Below are positions 1 to 9,560 of a stretch of 64,000 bases of DNA, piece after piece; within the stretch, counting starts at the first letter, position 1; every line of letters begins with the position of its first letter. The stretch lies in NCBI GenBank assembly GCA_000092065.1, contig CP000585.1; one strand, 5' to 3'. Source of the stretch: Ostreococcus lucimarinus (taxonomy: Eukaryota). Both the position numbers and the translations under genes were made by a program. The notes under the pieces were generated by a model. The model did not search any database. It saw nothing but the letters and a program-made list of their open reading frames with translations, and was not told where the DNA came from.

Positions 1-426
1 CCTCGCGCGCGCGACATCGCGCGCGTCGCGACGTGCCGCGCATCCGTCGTCGCCCGAACAACCGACCGCTCGAGCGCCCACAACCCTAATTCTAACGAAC
101 GGGCGATCGATCGGGCGATCGATCGGGCGAAAACACGAACGGCGCGGGAAACGGAATGCCGCGGTGGCGTCGACGGCGAAGCGCGACGCGAGCGACGACG
201 CGCGACGCGAGCGAGACGACGGGTCGACGGCGCGCGAACGCGCGCGTGGAGAACGCGCGTGCGATGCGCGCGCGGACGACGCGCGTCGCGTCGACGCGCG
301 CGAGAAGAGGACGGGAAGGAATTGCATCGTTTTGAGACGACGCGCGATATGGATGCGCGCGCGCGACGCGCGGACGGGGGAAACGGACGCGCGAGGGAGA
401 CGAGACGGGAAAAAAGTGTGACGACG

Positions 427-3400
427 ATGCGATGGAGGACGAGCGGAAGGTTATGGACGGCGGTGGTGTGGACGCTGGCGACGATTGCGCGAGGGAGGAC
501 GGCGACGGCGCAGTATCAGACGACGGCGACGACGCTGACGTTGGAGCACGTGTGGCCGGATACTGGAGCGGTGTACGCGTCGACGGTGGTGTCGTTGTAT
601 GGGAGTGGATACGCGAACGCGTTGCCGCCGATGGGGTGTCGGTTCGGGGAGATTGTCGCGAATAAGGACTCGGCCGCGAGCACGACTTCGAAAGTCGTGT
701 GCGCGACGCCGACCAACGTCTTCGCGGGTTTCGTCGCCGTTGGGTTGGCGCAGGCGACGGGAAAGAGATACGTTCCCGGGTCAGATGATTTAGTCGTGGA
801 CAACGGGCAGCATTCTTTCGAATTCGTCGTGCCTTGGAAACTATCCAAAGTGAATCCAGAGTACGCGTACAAGAGCGGCGGCGAAGTTCTGCGACTTTCA
901 GGGACACATTTTCGTCCAGGAATGCTGTGCACGTTCAAAGACTCTTCGCTGACATCCGAGTACAGATTCATTTCTTCTGCGTTAGCCATGTGTGAGACCC
1001 GTGCGTCGAGCGAAGCGGAAGGAACGGTGGATTTGAATCTCACTCCAACTCACGCCGTCGGAGGCGGCGGCGCGAGCGTCGAGTACCAAACCGCGCCCAT
1101 CATAGATGGGCCTTTAGTGTCCACCACCGCAGTTGGTGGTGACGTAGTGATACAAGCATCAAGTAGTACTCCGCTGAGCGGCGCCATAGCATCGTTCACG
1201 GCGAGTCCGATTCGTATCGGATGCTGGTTTGACGGCATTTGGGTGGCGGCGACTCTGCGCAGCGAAAGAGAGTTGGTGTGCAAAGCGCCTTTGCAGTCAT
1301 TCGGCACTCCATCGCTGAGTGTCGTGGATATGTATGCTCAAAGAATGTTTCCGACGAATGCAACTCAGACTGGTTGGTTCACCTCATTCACCGTGAGCAA
1401 AGACGAAGTTGTCGACGTCGTGTTGCCTTCGGTTGGCAATGCGATGCGAAATACGGTGGCCGATTCTTCGACTCTGGTCGACTTTTTCGGCCGCAACCTT
1501 ATTGCTGGCTCGGGTTCTGTTGGTGCACGCATTTGCCAAGCCTTGAACCCGGTTACATCTCCCGTTTTAGTGACGAATCAGGTCCAAAGCAAATGTGATT
1601 TTCCGGCGACACCATCCGAGACAGCGGCGCTGTCCACGCTCAGATACGGCTTTCACGCTGTGAGTGCAGGAGCCGGTGCAAGTGCCTCAGCGCAATTTCT
1701 GATTGTCTCGCCACCACAAATTACGTCGGTGGTACCGGGATTTCTTCGTGCGGGTACTGTCGCGACATTTTCGGGACAAAATCTCATGGACCCGTTTCGG
1801 CAAACATGGTGTGGGCACGACGGTATAGCTCTCGTCGCGCACGCGGTGTCGAGCGCGCTCATCCGATGCTCAGTCCCGTACCATCATCAGCTGCCTTCGG
1901 GTTCCTCTAGTTCTGCGCACGATCTAACCATAGACGTGCTTTCTGATTTATCGTCGCCGGGGGCCGGAGGAACCACCATGGGCTGGCTACCAGTAGCGAA
2001 TGATTTAGAGAGCATCACGCCAAACGTCGGAGCGACGAGCGGTGGCACTCGAACGGTGCTGAAACTCACGGGTGGAACTATCCCAACTTCATCTTATTAC
2101 ACACCCACGTGCAGATTTGGCACGATAGTAACGTCGGCGATACACGTCCCTGGAGGTGGAGTTGCGTGTAGCTCTCCTGCATACGCCGCGCGTAACGTGA
2201 CGGTGGGCATTGACGTCGAGTCGACGATAGAATTTCAGTACGTCGCACAGATTGGTGTGAGTGCCATAGTACCAGGAGCTCTTCCACAGAATGGGGGCTC
2301 GATATCTGTGTACTTGGATGCGGCACTTTCGTCTTCGTATTCAGCTGACTGCGTTTTCGTCACCAGCGGCGGGGATAAATTAAAGTCTTCTCTCGCCGAT
2401 TCCTCGGGAACGCTCAAGTGCGCCTCGCCGCAGACTGGTATTGGCTTTGCAACGATGGCGATCGTCGTATCTGCGGCTAGCACGAACAACACTGCGTTTA
2501 TAGACGAAGCAGCTGGGCAGTACTTCGACCTTGAAGTTCAAACCAGAACGCCTGGGGTGGAAGTTTTCCTCCCAACGGGCGCGAATTGGGTACAGGCGGA
2601 GGAAGTCATACACGCTGTGACGTCTGATGGATCTCTTCTCGGCGACAATTCGGGAGACGACGATTTCTGGTGTGTGTTCGGAAAAGCTGGAATATATGGA
2701 GGGTCAATATATTTGAGTGCGGCGAGTAGAGTATCGGGAACTATCCTGAAGTGCACCGTACCAGACCTCGATACGCTAATAGTTTCTGGGCAGAGTGGAT
2801 TTGAGATTGTCATCGGTATTTGTTCTTCGACTGAAGTTTCGGCGAGCAGTTGCACCAGTTACGCGGGAACACGCGTGAGATACGAGAAAAAGCTGGGAGT
2901 TTCTTCAGTACTTCCAGTGAACGGTACGCAAGCAGGAGGCGATGTTGCAGTTCTCGTTGACTCTGCATCCGTGAAAGGTTTCGGCGCAAACGTGCCAAGC
3001 TGCAGATTTGGCACAATCTATCCCGTTGCGGGAACTTCGGTAACTGGAACGGGCGAGATAAATTGCGTGACACCGGCGCATGCTGCGGGTGTCGTTCCTG
3101 TGAGTGTTCCTCCGCTCGATTTGGGGTTGACGGCTTTGACATTTGAGTATATTTCCGTGTCCACTTCGCAATCGGTCTTGTCCACGACGTACGGCGCCGA
3201 TCCGTACGTCGTTGCATACCTGATTGAACCGACACCAATGATCACAGAGGTCGTGCCTTGGGTTGGTTGGAGTGGAAGTGTTGTCACCTTGCTAGGCACA
3301 AACTTTCCAACTGGATCCGCCGTCAAGTGCAGATTCGGATCTGTCTCCGTCGATGCTCAGGTTGTTTCTACGGCTGTGATACAGTGCGGCGATACTTCGC

Positions 3401-3828
3401 CGATTACCTCTGACGACGTCGAAGAGCAGCGCGTCGCTGTCACGACGAGTTCGGGCGATTCAAATCCGAATGTGACGACGTTAGCACACTATGTCATTAC
3501 TCAAGGAGATATCAGCGCCATTGATGCCGCTGACGGTTGGCAACAGGGTGGAAACGTAGTCGGCGTCACCGTTGCCAAGTGGGTCCCTGAAGGCTACACA
3601 TCCTGTCGCTTTGGCACGATAACCGTTCAGAGTAGAGGCGGAGACGGCTTCGGTGCGATTGGCAAGGCGTCGGTATCGCAGTCATCGCAGTGGTGGTCAG
3701 ATTCGACTGATGGCAAGAAAATAGAGTGCGTATCTCCAGCAGGAGCGCAAGGAAACGTAAATTTGGGAGTATCCATCCTCGGAAGCACTGCATCGTCTTT
3801 CATTGGTACTACGTTTACCTACATTTAG
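427..3828 (+). CDS. Large secreted/cell-surface protein with multiple IPT/TIG-like (Ig-like fold) repeats
   Basis: 1133-aa reading frame; the ATG at 427 lies inside the longer ORF 259..3828 and opens with a hydrophobic signal-like segment MRWRTSGRLWTAVVWTLATIA. At least 7 repeats follow the pattern C-[RT]-F-G-(~20 aa)-C-x-[ST]-P, e.g. CRFGEIVANK...VVCATP, CRFGTIVTS...VACSSP, CRFGTIYPV...INCVTP, CRFGTITVQ...IECVSP, as in IPT/TIG domains. Strong GC3 codon bias on this strand. Confidence 0.7.
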   Translation: MRWRTSGRLWTAVVWTLATIARGRTATAQYQTTATTLTLEHVWPDTGAVYASTVVSLYGSGYANALPPMGCRFGEIVANKDSAASTTSKVVCATPTNVFAGFVAVGLAQATGKRYVPGSDDLVVDNGQHSFEFVVPWKLSKVNPEYAYKSGGEVLRLSGTHFRPGMLCTFKDSSLTSEYRFISSALAMCETRASSEAEGTVDLNLTPTHAVGGGGASVEYQTAPIIDGPLVSTTAVGGDVVIQASSSTPLSGAIASFTASPIRIGCWFDGIWVAATLRSERELVCKAPLQSFGTPSLSVVDMYAQRMFPTNATQTGWFTSFTVSKDEVVDVVLPSVGNAMRNTVADSSTLVDFFGRNLIAGSGSVGARICQALNPVTSPVLVTNQVQSKCDFPATPSETAALSTLRYGFHAVSAGAGASASAQFLIVSPPQITSVVPGFLRAGTVATFSGQNLMDPFRQTWCGHDGIALVAHAVSSALIRCSVPYHHQLPSGSSSSAHDLTIDVLSDLSSPGAGGTTMGWLPVANDLESITPNVGATSGGTRTVLKLTGGTIPTSSYYTPTCRFGTIVTSAIHVPGGGVACSSPAYAARNVTVGIDVESTIEFQYVAQIGVSAIVPGALPQNGGSISVYLDAALSSSYSADCVFVTSGGDKLKSSLADSSGTLKCASPQTGIGFATMAIVVSAASTNNTAFIDEAAGQYFDLEVQTRTPGVEVFLPTGANWVQAEEVIHAVTSDGSLLGDNSGDDDFWCVFGKAGIYGGSIYLSAASRVSGTILKCTVPDLDTLIVSGQSGFEIVIGICSSTEVSASSCTSYAGTRVRYEKKLGVSSVLPVNGTQAGGDVAVLVDSASVKGFGANVPSCRFGTIYPVAGTSVTGTGEINCVTPAHAAGVVPVSVPPLDLGLTALTFEYISVSTSQSVLSTTYGADPYVVAYLIEPTPMITEVVPWVGWSGSVVTLLGTNFPTGSAVKCRFGSVSVDAQVVSTAVIQCGDTSPITSDDVEEQRVAVTTSSGDSNPNVTTLAHYVITQGDISAIDAADGWQQGGNVVGVTVAKWVPEGYTSCRFGTITVQSRGGDGFGAIGKASVSQSSQWWSDSTDGKKIECVSPAGAQGNVNLGVSILGSTASSFIGTTFTYI

Positions 3829-3859
3829 GACTAAAAGCTAGATTTGTAGAAAAGATCAA

Positions 3860-6475
3860 TCAATATCTTGAGTAAAATTCGTTCGAGTCACCGAAAGGCG
3901 CACGTGCATACGTTGGCGACTCGTTGCAAGGCCGCGACGATTTGTACTGCGCTCGCACTCGCGCGTTTTCCCACTTAATGACGGCGTTGTCATTGTTCAG
4001 GATGTTGTATGCTTCGCTGATCAAGTTGAAGAGCTTACTGGAGACAACAACACGAGCCTTTGCAAGTGTTGCGGATGCACATCCACGTGATGCTTTGTCC
4101 GGATGATGATTCAGTGCGAGCTGCCTGTATTTCTTCTTTAACACGTCTTTCGACGGCTTTGGACCTACGCCGAGCAGTTTGCGCCAATTTACGGGCGTCT
4201 CGGCGTTCACTCGCCCAGTGATCGTCATCAAGTACGACTCAACTTTCACACGCTCATCCTCTGATAATCCCATGATGAGAAGTGCCTCGTAAGTTTGTTG
4301 GGCGTCGGAAACCATGTCGAGTTCAGTGTAGATTGCAGCAAGTCGTGCGTGCGCTTTGGCATACTTTGGTGCAAGTGCACACGCCGCACCTGCTGAAGCC
4401 AATGCATCGACATAGCGTTCCGTGGCTTGTTCGCATGCGCAAATGTTTGATAAAAACAGCGCTTGGAGCGTGTCTGAATTTTTACACAGACCCAACGCCT
4501 CGGTGTATAGTGAAATTGCCTTGTCGTAATTCGCGTCGCCAAACGCTTCTTTTCCTCGCTCTTTCAATTCATTTATTTGACACACCTGCTCTAGAATCTG
4601 AAGCAGTGATGCCGGATTTGGTATCTGCTTCAGTACTTCATCAGGCGTCAACACTTCTTCGAAGGTCACGCAATGAGAAGCATCGCGTCCAGCATACAGG
4701 TCAAGCGCGGGAATCAATGGTTTCAAACTATCTAAACAATCGGATACATTCGCCAACTCAAAGGCGATTCTCGCCCGTACGCACAGCCCGCGAACATCTT
4801 GAATTGGAGCGTCTTTGACGAGTATCGCGGCGGCGGCAATTTCTCCGATAAATCGCAAACCTTCAGCTCTGAAAGTTTTAATCATGGTCGAATGCGGCGC
4901 GAAGACTTTAGCTTCGTCGAGGACTCGCAAGACGCTGTGTGCGTCGACACTTTCGTCGCCGTTGTCTTCAATCTGCCACAGTTGCTCTGCGCTATCGTTG
5001 ACGAGCTCTTGCGTGCGATCCACGTCATCTATCACTTGCTGCGCATCAACTTGTTGCTCCGCAGTGGACACGCCGTTACTAAGAATATCGGACGCCTCTT
5101 GACGCGCCTCGTCGAATTGACCGAGCTGTAACAAACATCTCGCCAGACGAACTTGAGCTTTGAGGTGCGCTTTGTCGATCTTCAACGCCGCACAACAGTC
5201 TTCAGCGGCCTGAAGAGGGTTACCCAGCATCATCAAAGCCGCTACTCTATTCGATAACAAGCCAACCTTGACCTTTGCAACGTCTGAAAGATACATCGAG
5301 TCCAAGGAATCCAACGCCGAAGAGTACAATCGCGCCGCGGTGTGGAAATCGTCGTCTCGAAACGCTTCGTTACCAGCCACTTTGTCTCGCTCAACGAAGG
5401 CGCGAATGAGTGTAGATTTTTGCGACAACGCGTCTTTCAAATCTGCTGAGTCTGCTGCCGGAGATAACGATATGAACTCTATGTAGCGCTCCGCTCGCTC
5501 TAACTCCTCAAGGTTCAAACAACATTTCGCAGCGCGCGAAAGCGCTCGAATGTGATTGGAGTCAACTTTCAGCACGAGCTCGCATTCTGAAAGCGATTCA
5601 CGAACGTGACCGAGCGCAAATAGAGCCGTCGCGCGATTAATTCGTAACCAAAGATGAGATGGGTCGACCAACGTTATCCCGCTCACTTCGAGCTCTGCGA
5701 TGGCGTGAGAATACAACTGTTCTGCCTCGCCGATGTCGCCGCGTTTGAACGCGGCGTCTGCGCGTTGGCGGCACTCGTCCGCACGCTTGATCGCAGCCGC
5801 CTGCATCGACGCCATTTGTAACGCTTTTGCTTCTTCTTCCCTTCGCTCGAGCTCTTCGTACACCAGCTCTTGCTGCTCTTCAAACTCTTTCTGGGCGTCT
5901 TCGAATTCAACTTTATACATTTCGTGAATCGCTCGCGCTTCCTCCAGCGCGCGTCTCGCCAACTCAACCTTCTCAAAGCTGTTCGCTAATTTCAGCTCTA
6001 AATCCACCTTCCGCAGCTCCGCTCGACGTAGCCGCACCTCCATGTCCGCGTCGACTCGCACGCGCGCGTACTCGCTCGTGCCGCTCGTCGCGTCGCTCGT
6101 CCGGTCAACGCCGTCGACGCCGCGCACGGCGACGGAGACCACCGCGCTCGCGCTCGCGTTCGCGCTCGCGCTCGCGCTCGCGCGCGGCGTCATCGCCTCG
6201 TCCTCTTCCTCGCTCGTCTCGCTCTCTTCGAGCGACGCGCGTTCCCCCCCCCCGCCTTCCGTCGCCGCCTCGTCCACGCGCCATCGCGACAGCTCGCGCT
6301 GCAGCGCGCGCAGCGATTCCCCGCGCGTCCTCGCCGCGTCCACGGCGTCGTCCGCGTCGTCCGCGCGCGCGGGCGTCATCGCGAACGATCGCGATCGCGA
6401 TCGTTCGCGATGCGCGCGCGTCGCCGTGTGCGACGCGACGCCGCCGACGTCGAATCGGTCGAAATCGACATCCAC
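3860..6475 (-). CDS. TPR-repeat co-chaperone with C-terminal DnaJ (J) domain, DNAJC7/TPR2-like
   Basis: 871-aa ORF. The C-terminus carries a J-domain signature KKKYRQLALNHHPDK...LFNLISEAYNILNND with the HPD motif. It is preceded by long TPR-like helical repeats (AIAELEV..., ARCLLQLGQFDEA..., AISLYTEAL...), and an acidic/coiled-coil N-terminal region. The true start codon is uncertain; an internal Met (MTPARADD) is possible. Confidence 0.7.
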   Translation of the reverse strand: MDVDFDRFDVGGVASHTATRAHRERSRSRSFAMTPARADDADDAVDAARTRGESLRALQRELSRWRVDEAATEGGGGERASLEESETSEEEDEAMTPRASASASANASASAVVSVAVRGVDGVDRTSDATSGTSEYARVRVDADMEVRLRRAELRKVDLELKLANSFEKVELARRALEEARAIHEMYKVEFEDAQKEFEEQQELVYEELERREEEAKALQMASMQAAAIKRADECRQRADAAFKRGDIGEAEQLYSHAIAELEVSGITLVDPSHLWLRINRATALFALGHVRESLSECELVLKVDSNHIRALSRAAKCCLNLEELERAERYIEFISLSPAADSADLKDALSQKSTLIRAFVERDKVAGNEAFRDDDFHTAARLYSSALDSLDSMYLSDVAKVKVGLLSNRVAALMMLGNPLQAAEDCCAALKIDKAHLKAQVRLARCLLQLGQFDEARQEASDILSNGVSTAEQQVDAQQVIDDVDRTQELVNDSAEQLWQIEDNGDESVDAHSVLRVLDEAKVFAPHSTMIKTFRAEGLRFIGEIAAAAILVKDAPIQDVRGLCVRARIAFELANVSDCLDSLKPLIPALDLYAGRDASHCVTFEEVLTPDEVLKQIPNPASLLQILEQVCQINELKERGKEAFGDANYDKAISLYTEALGLCKNSDTLQALFLSNICACEQATERYVDALASAGAACALAPKYAKAHARLAAIYTELDMVSDAQQTYEALLIMGLSEDERVKVESYLMTITGRVNAETPVNWRKLLGVGPKPSKDVLKKKYRQLALNHHPDKASRGCASATLAKARVVVSSKLFNLISEAYNILNNDNAVIKWENARVRAQYKSSRPCNESPTYARAPFGDSNEFYSRY

Positions 6476-6485
6476 GAAATCAAAT

Positions 6486-6557
6486 CAAACCGAACCGAAC
6501 CGAACCGAACCGAACCGAACCGAACCGAACCGAACCGAACCGAACCGAACCGAACCA
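6486..6557. repeat. (CGAAC)n pentanucleotide microsatellite, about 13 perfect copies
   Basis: The tandem array cgaaccgaaccgaacc... is read directly at 6491-6556. It lies in the intergenic spacer between the divergent DnaJ-TPR and BCCIP genes. It creates spurious NRTEP/GSVRF repeat ORFs on both strands. Confidence 0.95.
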
Positions 6558-6736
6558 CCGCTCGACCGGATGCGCGCCGGCGGCGGTGTCGCGCGGCGAG
6601 CGCGCGCGACGGAGGGCAGTTCGAGACGCCGAAGCGCGTGAAACGCGCGAACGGGCGAAGCGAACGACGAACGAATCTTCGCGCGCGCGACCGACCCGAC
6701 GACGACGCGCGACGAACGACGCCGACGAACGACCCC

Positions 6737-6889
6737 ATGGCGCCGGGAAAACGAACCACGACGAAGAGGAAGGACGACGGGAAATCGACCGAGGCGGTGC
6801 GGGACGACGACGAGTACGAACACGCGGCGTCGGACGACGATGAAGACGAAGATGAGGAGGATTTGGACGGGGACGATGGGGACGAGGAC
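6737..6889 (+). CDS. BCCIP: BCCIP/BCP1-family protein, exon 1 (acidic N-terminus)
   Basis: MAPGKRTTTKRKDDGK... is followed by an Asp/Glu-rich tract ending ...DGDEDV. A GT donor (gtgtta) sits at 6890, phase 0. Confidence 0.5.
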
Positions 6890-6992
6890 GTGTTAATGGT
6901 GCGATGGTGAACGACGCGAAGACGCGCGCGAAGGCGACGAAGGCGCGGCGCGTAAAGCTGACGACGACTGCGATTCTTGCATCGATAAACAG

Positions 6993-7730
6993 GTTGATTT
7001 TGATTTTTGTGACGTTCAAGAGGGTGATTTTCATGGCTTAAAGGCGCTTTTGAGTGGATATTGCGATGGGAACGAATACGCGTGCTCGGACTTGTGCGAC
7101 TTGCTCATTAAACAAAAAGCCGTCGGCACCGTGGTGAAGACGGAGGCAGACTCGGAGAACGTGCTCGGCGTGACTTCGGTGGTGAGCTTGGCGCGACACA
7201 AGGATGAGAAGTGCGTGAAGGATATTAAAAAGTTTCTGCTGGGCAAGGTTCCGGGTAAGAGTAAGAAGGACTTTGAAAAGGTGCTCAACGACGCCGCGAC
7301 GGGTTTGCTCATCAACGAACGCATCATCAACGTCCCACAAGATGCCGGAGAGCCACTCATCGACGGTGTGTTCGACGAAATACGTTGGGCGACAAAAGAT
7401 GAAACCACTGAAGAGGCGCGGAAGTCGTACGAATTCAAACACTACATTTTAGTGAGTACTTTATTCGAGGAAGACGGCGAAGAAGAGGCCGAACCGGCGG
7501 CGGGCAAGAAGCGAAAAAAGGGACAACCGACCAGGCAAAAAATCTTCCCGCGACTGGAAGAGGAAATCTTGCTCGAGCACTCGACGAATTCTTTCTTTTG
7601 GCGGGGTAAGCAGAACGAAGAAAACGACATCGCTGATTTCCTTCCACACCGTTGCTGCATGGTCGTCGAGGCCAGGGTGATCGACGCTTTCCGCAAAGAC
7701 GTGAAAGATTTGTTCCAAGACTTCAAATGA
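6993..7730 (+). CDS. BCCIP: BCCIP/BCP1-family protein, exon 2
   Basis: A CAG acceptor sits at 6990-6992. Exon 2 reads VDFDFCDVQEGDFHGLKALLSGYCDGNEYACSDLCDLLIKQKAVGTVVK..., matching the conserved BCCIP core (human IEFEAYS...DYDGIKKLLQQLF...LTDLLIQQNHIGSVIK). The 103-nt intron (6890-6992) removes an in-frame stop and a frameshift between the two ORF-track pieces (6410..6910 and 7050..7730). Confidence 0.6.
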   Translation, partial: VDFDFCDVQEGDFHGLKALLSGYCDGNEYACSDLCDLLIKQKAVGTVVKTEADSENVLGVTSVVSLARHKDEKCVKDIKKFLLGKVPGKSKKDFEKVLNDAATGLLINERIINVPQDAGEPLIDGVFDEIRWATKDETTEEARKSYEFKHYILVSTLFEEDGEEEAEPAAGKKRKKGQPTRQKIFPRLEEEILLEHSTNSFFWRGKQNEENDIADFLPHRCCMVVEARVIDAFRKDVKDLFQDFK

Positions 7731-7787
7731 ATGTGATGTATAATGACAAGTTCCTAGCATACGTATCGGCGTTGTTCTTCTATTTCG

Positions 7788-8867
7788 CTATCCCAATCCG
7801 AACGATTTCTTCGTTCTCTCCTCTACGCGCGCCCGCGCAGCTTCTCGGCGCTTCAACGCCTCCGCCTCCGCTTTGTCAACCTTCTTACTAATCGACGAAG
7901 CTGGACGCTTACGAGTCGCATCGGCGCCCAAACTAGCGGTGACATACCCACCTACTAGTTTAGCTTCAAAATTGCGACCCCCAGACGCTGCAATTGCCCT
8001 CGACGCCGCGGTTTGCGTCTTCGCCTTCGCCGCCTCAAAGTTTGGATGGTTTGCTCCAAAACCCAAATTAAATATACTCGTTGTCGTTGTTGGCTTCGTA
8101 GACGCTGCAGCTTTGCCCACCACTGTTGATGGTTTTGAACTCGTCGTCGTTTGATTGAACGCCTTCGCCGCCGCTATGGCTTGCTTCGCAGTCGGCATTT
8201 GCTGCCCGTGAGTTGCCGCCTGAGGAGTTGCCGCAGTCGGCACAACTTTACCTGTCGCGTAAGGTCCAAGAGCGTACTGTTCCGTCGATTTGGCCGGAGT
8301 AGTAGTTGTAGAGGGAGGTGGGGGCGCGCCTTCGGGCGCGGTTTTTGACCACACCTTCGTTCCGTTGTTGAAGTACATCTTCGTCTTTGGGTCGAAGTAA
8401 CACGACGACTTTGCGTGCCAGTAATACTTCGATCTTTCATCAAACTTCCAAGCCCCCAGGACTTGCGTGGCGCGATATTCTGCTTCTTCGCGCGCATGAA
8501 GCTCGCGCTCAATTGCAGTCTCTAGCTCTCTCTTTGCGTTCGCCTCTTGCTCCCTTGCACGCGCTGCTGGGGTGAGCGAATTGGGCATCAACGCCGCCGC
8601 TTCTGATAGTCTACCAGCCGCTGCAAGATCCGCTGCGTACGCCTCCGCCGCCTTTGCCTCGATCTCTGCCATCTCTTTTTGCAATTTATCTGATTCCTTC
8701 TTCTCATTCGCTTCTTTGTGCCTGATATCCTTCAACTTTCTTTCGACGTTCTTCTTGTGCTTTTCGCTCCGTTCGTGCATGCGCTTGGCGTTCCCGTGCG
8801 GCTGTACGAAACATTTGCACAGCGCGCACCAATCCGAGCGAGACGATGAAAAGTATTCACTCGCCAT
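7788..8867 (-). CDS. WBP4: WW domain-binding protein 4 (WBP4/FBP21)-like splicing factor: U1-type C2H2 zinc finger plus WW domain
   Basis: The N-terminus SDWCALCKCFVQPHGNAKRMHERSEKHKKNV is a matrin/U1-type zinc finger. A WW domain follows: GAWKFDERSKYYWHAKSSCYFDPKTKMYFNNGTKVWSKTAPEG. The C-terminal tail is low-complexity. Confidence 0.65.
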   Translation of the reverse strand: MASEYFSSSRSDWCALCKCFVQPHGNAKRMHERSEKHKKNVERKLKDIRHKEANEKKESDKLQKEMAEIEAKAAEAYAADLAAAGRLSEAAALMPNSLTPAARAREQEANAKRELETAIERELHAREEAEYRATQVLGAWKFDERSKYYWHAKSSCYFDPKTKMYFNNGTKVWSKTAPEGAPPPPSTTTTPAKSTEQYALGPYATGKVVPTAATPQAATHGQQMPTAKQAIAAAKAFNQTTTSSKPSTVVGKAAASTKPTTTTSIFNLGFGANHPNFEAAKAKTQTAASRAIAASGGRNFEAKLVGGYVTASLGADATRKRPASSISKKVDKAEAEALKRREAARARVEERTKKSFGLG

Positions 8868-9134
8868 GGCGACGAATCAATCTTCTTGAGCGCCCCAGCG
8901 GGCAGTGGAACCGTGCGGCGCGCGCACGACTGAGGTACTGTACAAATCGGACCACGGCTCGCCCCAGAGACGCACTCCCGGCGTGGGCGAGCGCACCCAG
9001 TGCAAAAACGCGAACTTTGATTCGTGGGGGTCGAACGATCCGTCGGATCGCTCAGGCGTTAAATCAAACCTCTTTACAGCCATATTTGCGCTCAGACGCG
9101 AGTGTTGAGTCGACGCGCGCGAGAAGTCGCCGTC

Positions 9135-9269
9135 ATGGCGAGCGTCTCTGGAGCACTTCACCGCGTTCCAAAACTGTCTCCGAGAAACCTGGCCCCCGGA
9201 TCGCGCGAGGCGTCGAAGAACGTTGCGGGGCGTCAAAGCGTTGTCGCGAACATCTTCAAGAAGAATAAG
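9135..9269 (+). CDS. Hypothetical small membrane protein, exon 1 (presequence-like N-terminus)
   Basis: MASVSGALHRVPKLSPRNLAPGSREASKNVAGRQSVVANIFKKNK is basic and hydroxylated, like an organellar transit peptide. A strong GTACGC donor sits at 9270, phase 0. Confidence 0.3.
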
Positions 9270-9560
9270 GTACGCATTATCTCGATTTGTGATCATCACG
9301 GCGATTGGAAGCGTAACAACCTTGACAACAGGAACCTGACTGGGATGCGATGGAACGCCGACCGAGAACCGTTTCGGAAGAGATAGGCCGACGCCAATTT
9401 GCTAATCGACGGGCGAACAACGGGAAAGATAGGAAAGATCTGTACACAGACAATTGGGACGGGTAAGACAACTTTGGCAGCCAGCATTCACTTGCAGCCG
9501 CGGCGCTTGTTCAATTAAATAAAACTTGGTATTAAATCTTTTTGCAGGAGTGAATACAAG

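Noticed and set aside
82-89. Telomere-like motifs: AACCCTAA at 82-89 and TTTAGGGTT at 23931-23939.
   Set aside because: Single 1-1.5-copy occurrences inside gene flanks, not tandem arrays. So they are not telomeres or true interstitial telomeric repeats. At most they are telo-box-like promoter/3'-flank motifs with weaker context than the one upstream of RPS16.
100-127. Short tandem duplication cgggcgatcgat x2 with an embedded palindrome cgatcgatcg, upstream of the IPT/TIG gene.
   Set aside because: Only two copies; likely a chance local duplication in the promoter. Noted but not strong enough to call a regulatory element.
92-907. Long ORFs antisense to, or out of frame with, the recognised genes. 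Examples: 92..907-, 5827..6843+, 12708..13943+, 13537..14349-, 15671..16690-, 15916..16701+, 16095..17108-, 19564..20373-, 20018..20824-, 24135..24492+, 26325..26774-, 26771..27688-, 29899..30783-, 33001..34149-, 36513..37292+, 36679..37125+, 41830..42762+, 41996..43312-, 44983..45504-, 54056..54928+, 54515..55084-, 57935..58570-, 58258..59034-, 59031..59885-, 60125..61450-.
   Set aside because: Their products are Arg/Ser/Ala/Pro/Gly low-complexity with no domain. They arise because stop codons (TAA/TAG/TGA) are rare on either strand of ~68% GC coding DNA with strong GC3 bias. Each overlaps a gene that has clear homology on the other strand or frame.
6410-6910. ORFs encoding NRTEPNRTEP... or GSVRFGSVRF... 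repeats (6042..6641, 6410..6910, 6480..7034, 6485..6823).
   Set aside because: Translation artefacts of the (CGAAC)n microsatellite in the intergenic spacer. Only the 3' part of 6410..6910 (from Met 6737) is used, as BCCIP exon 1.
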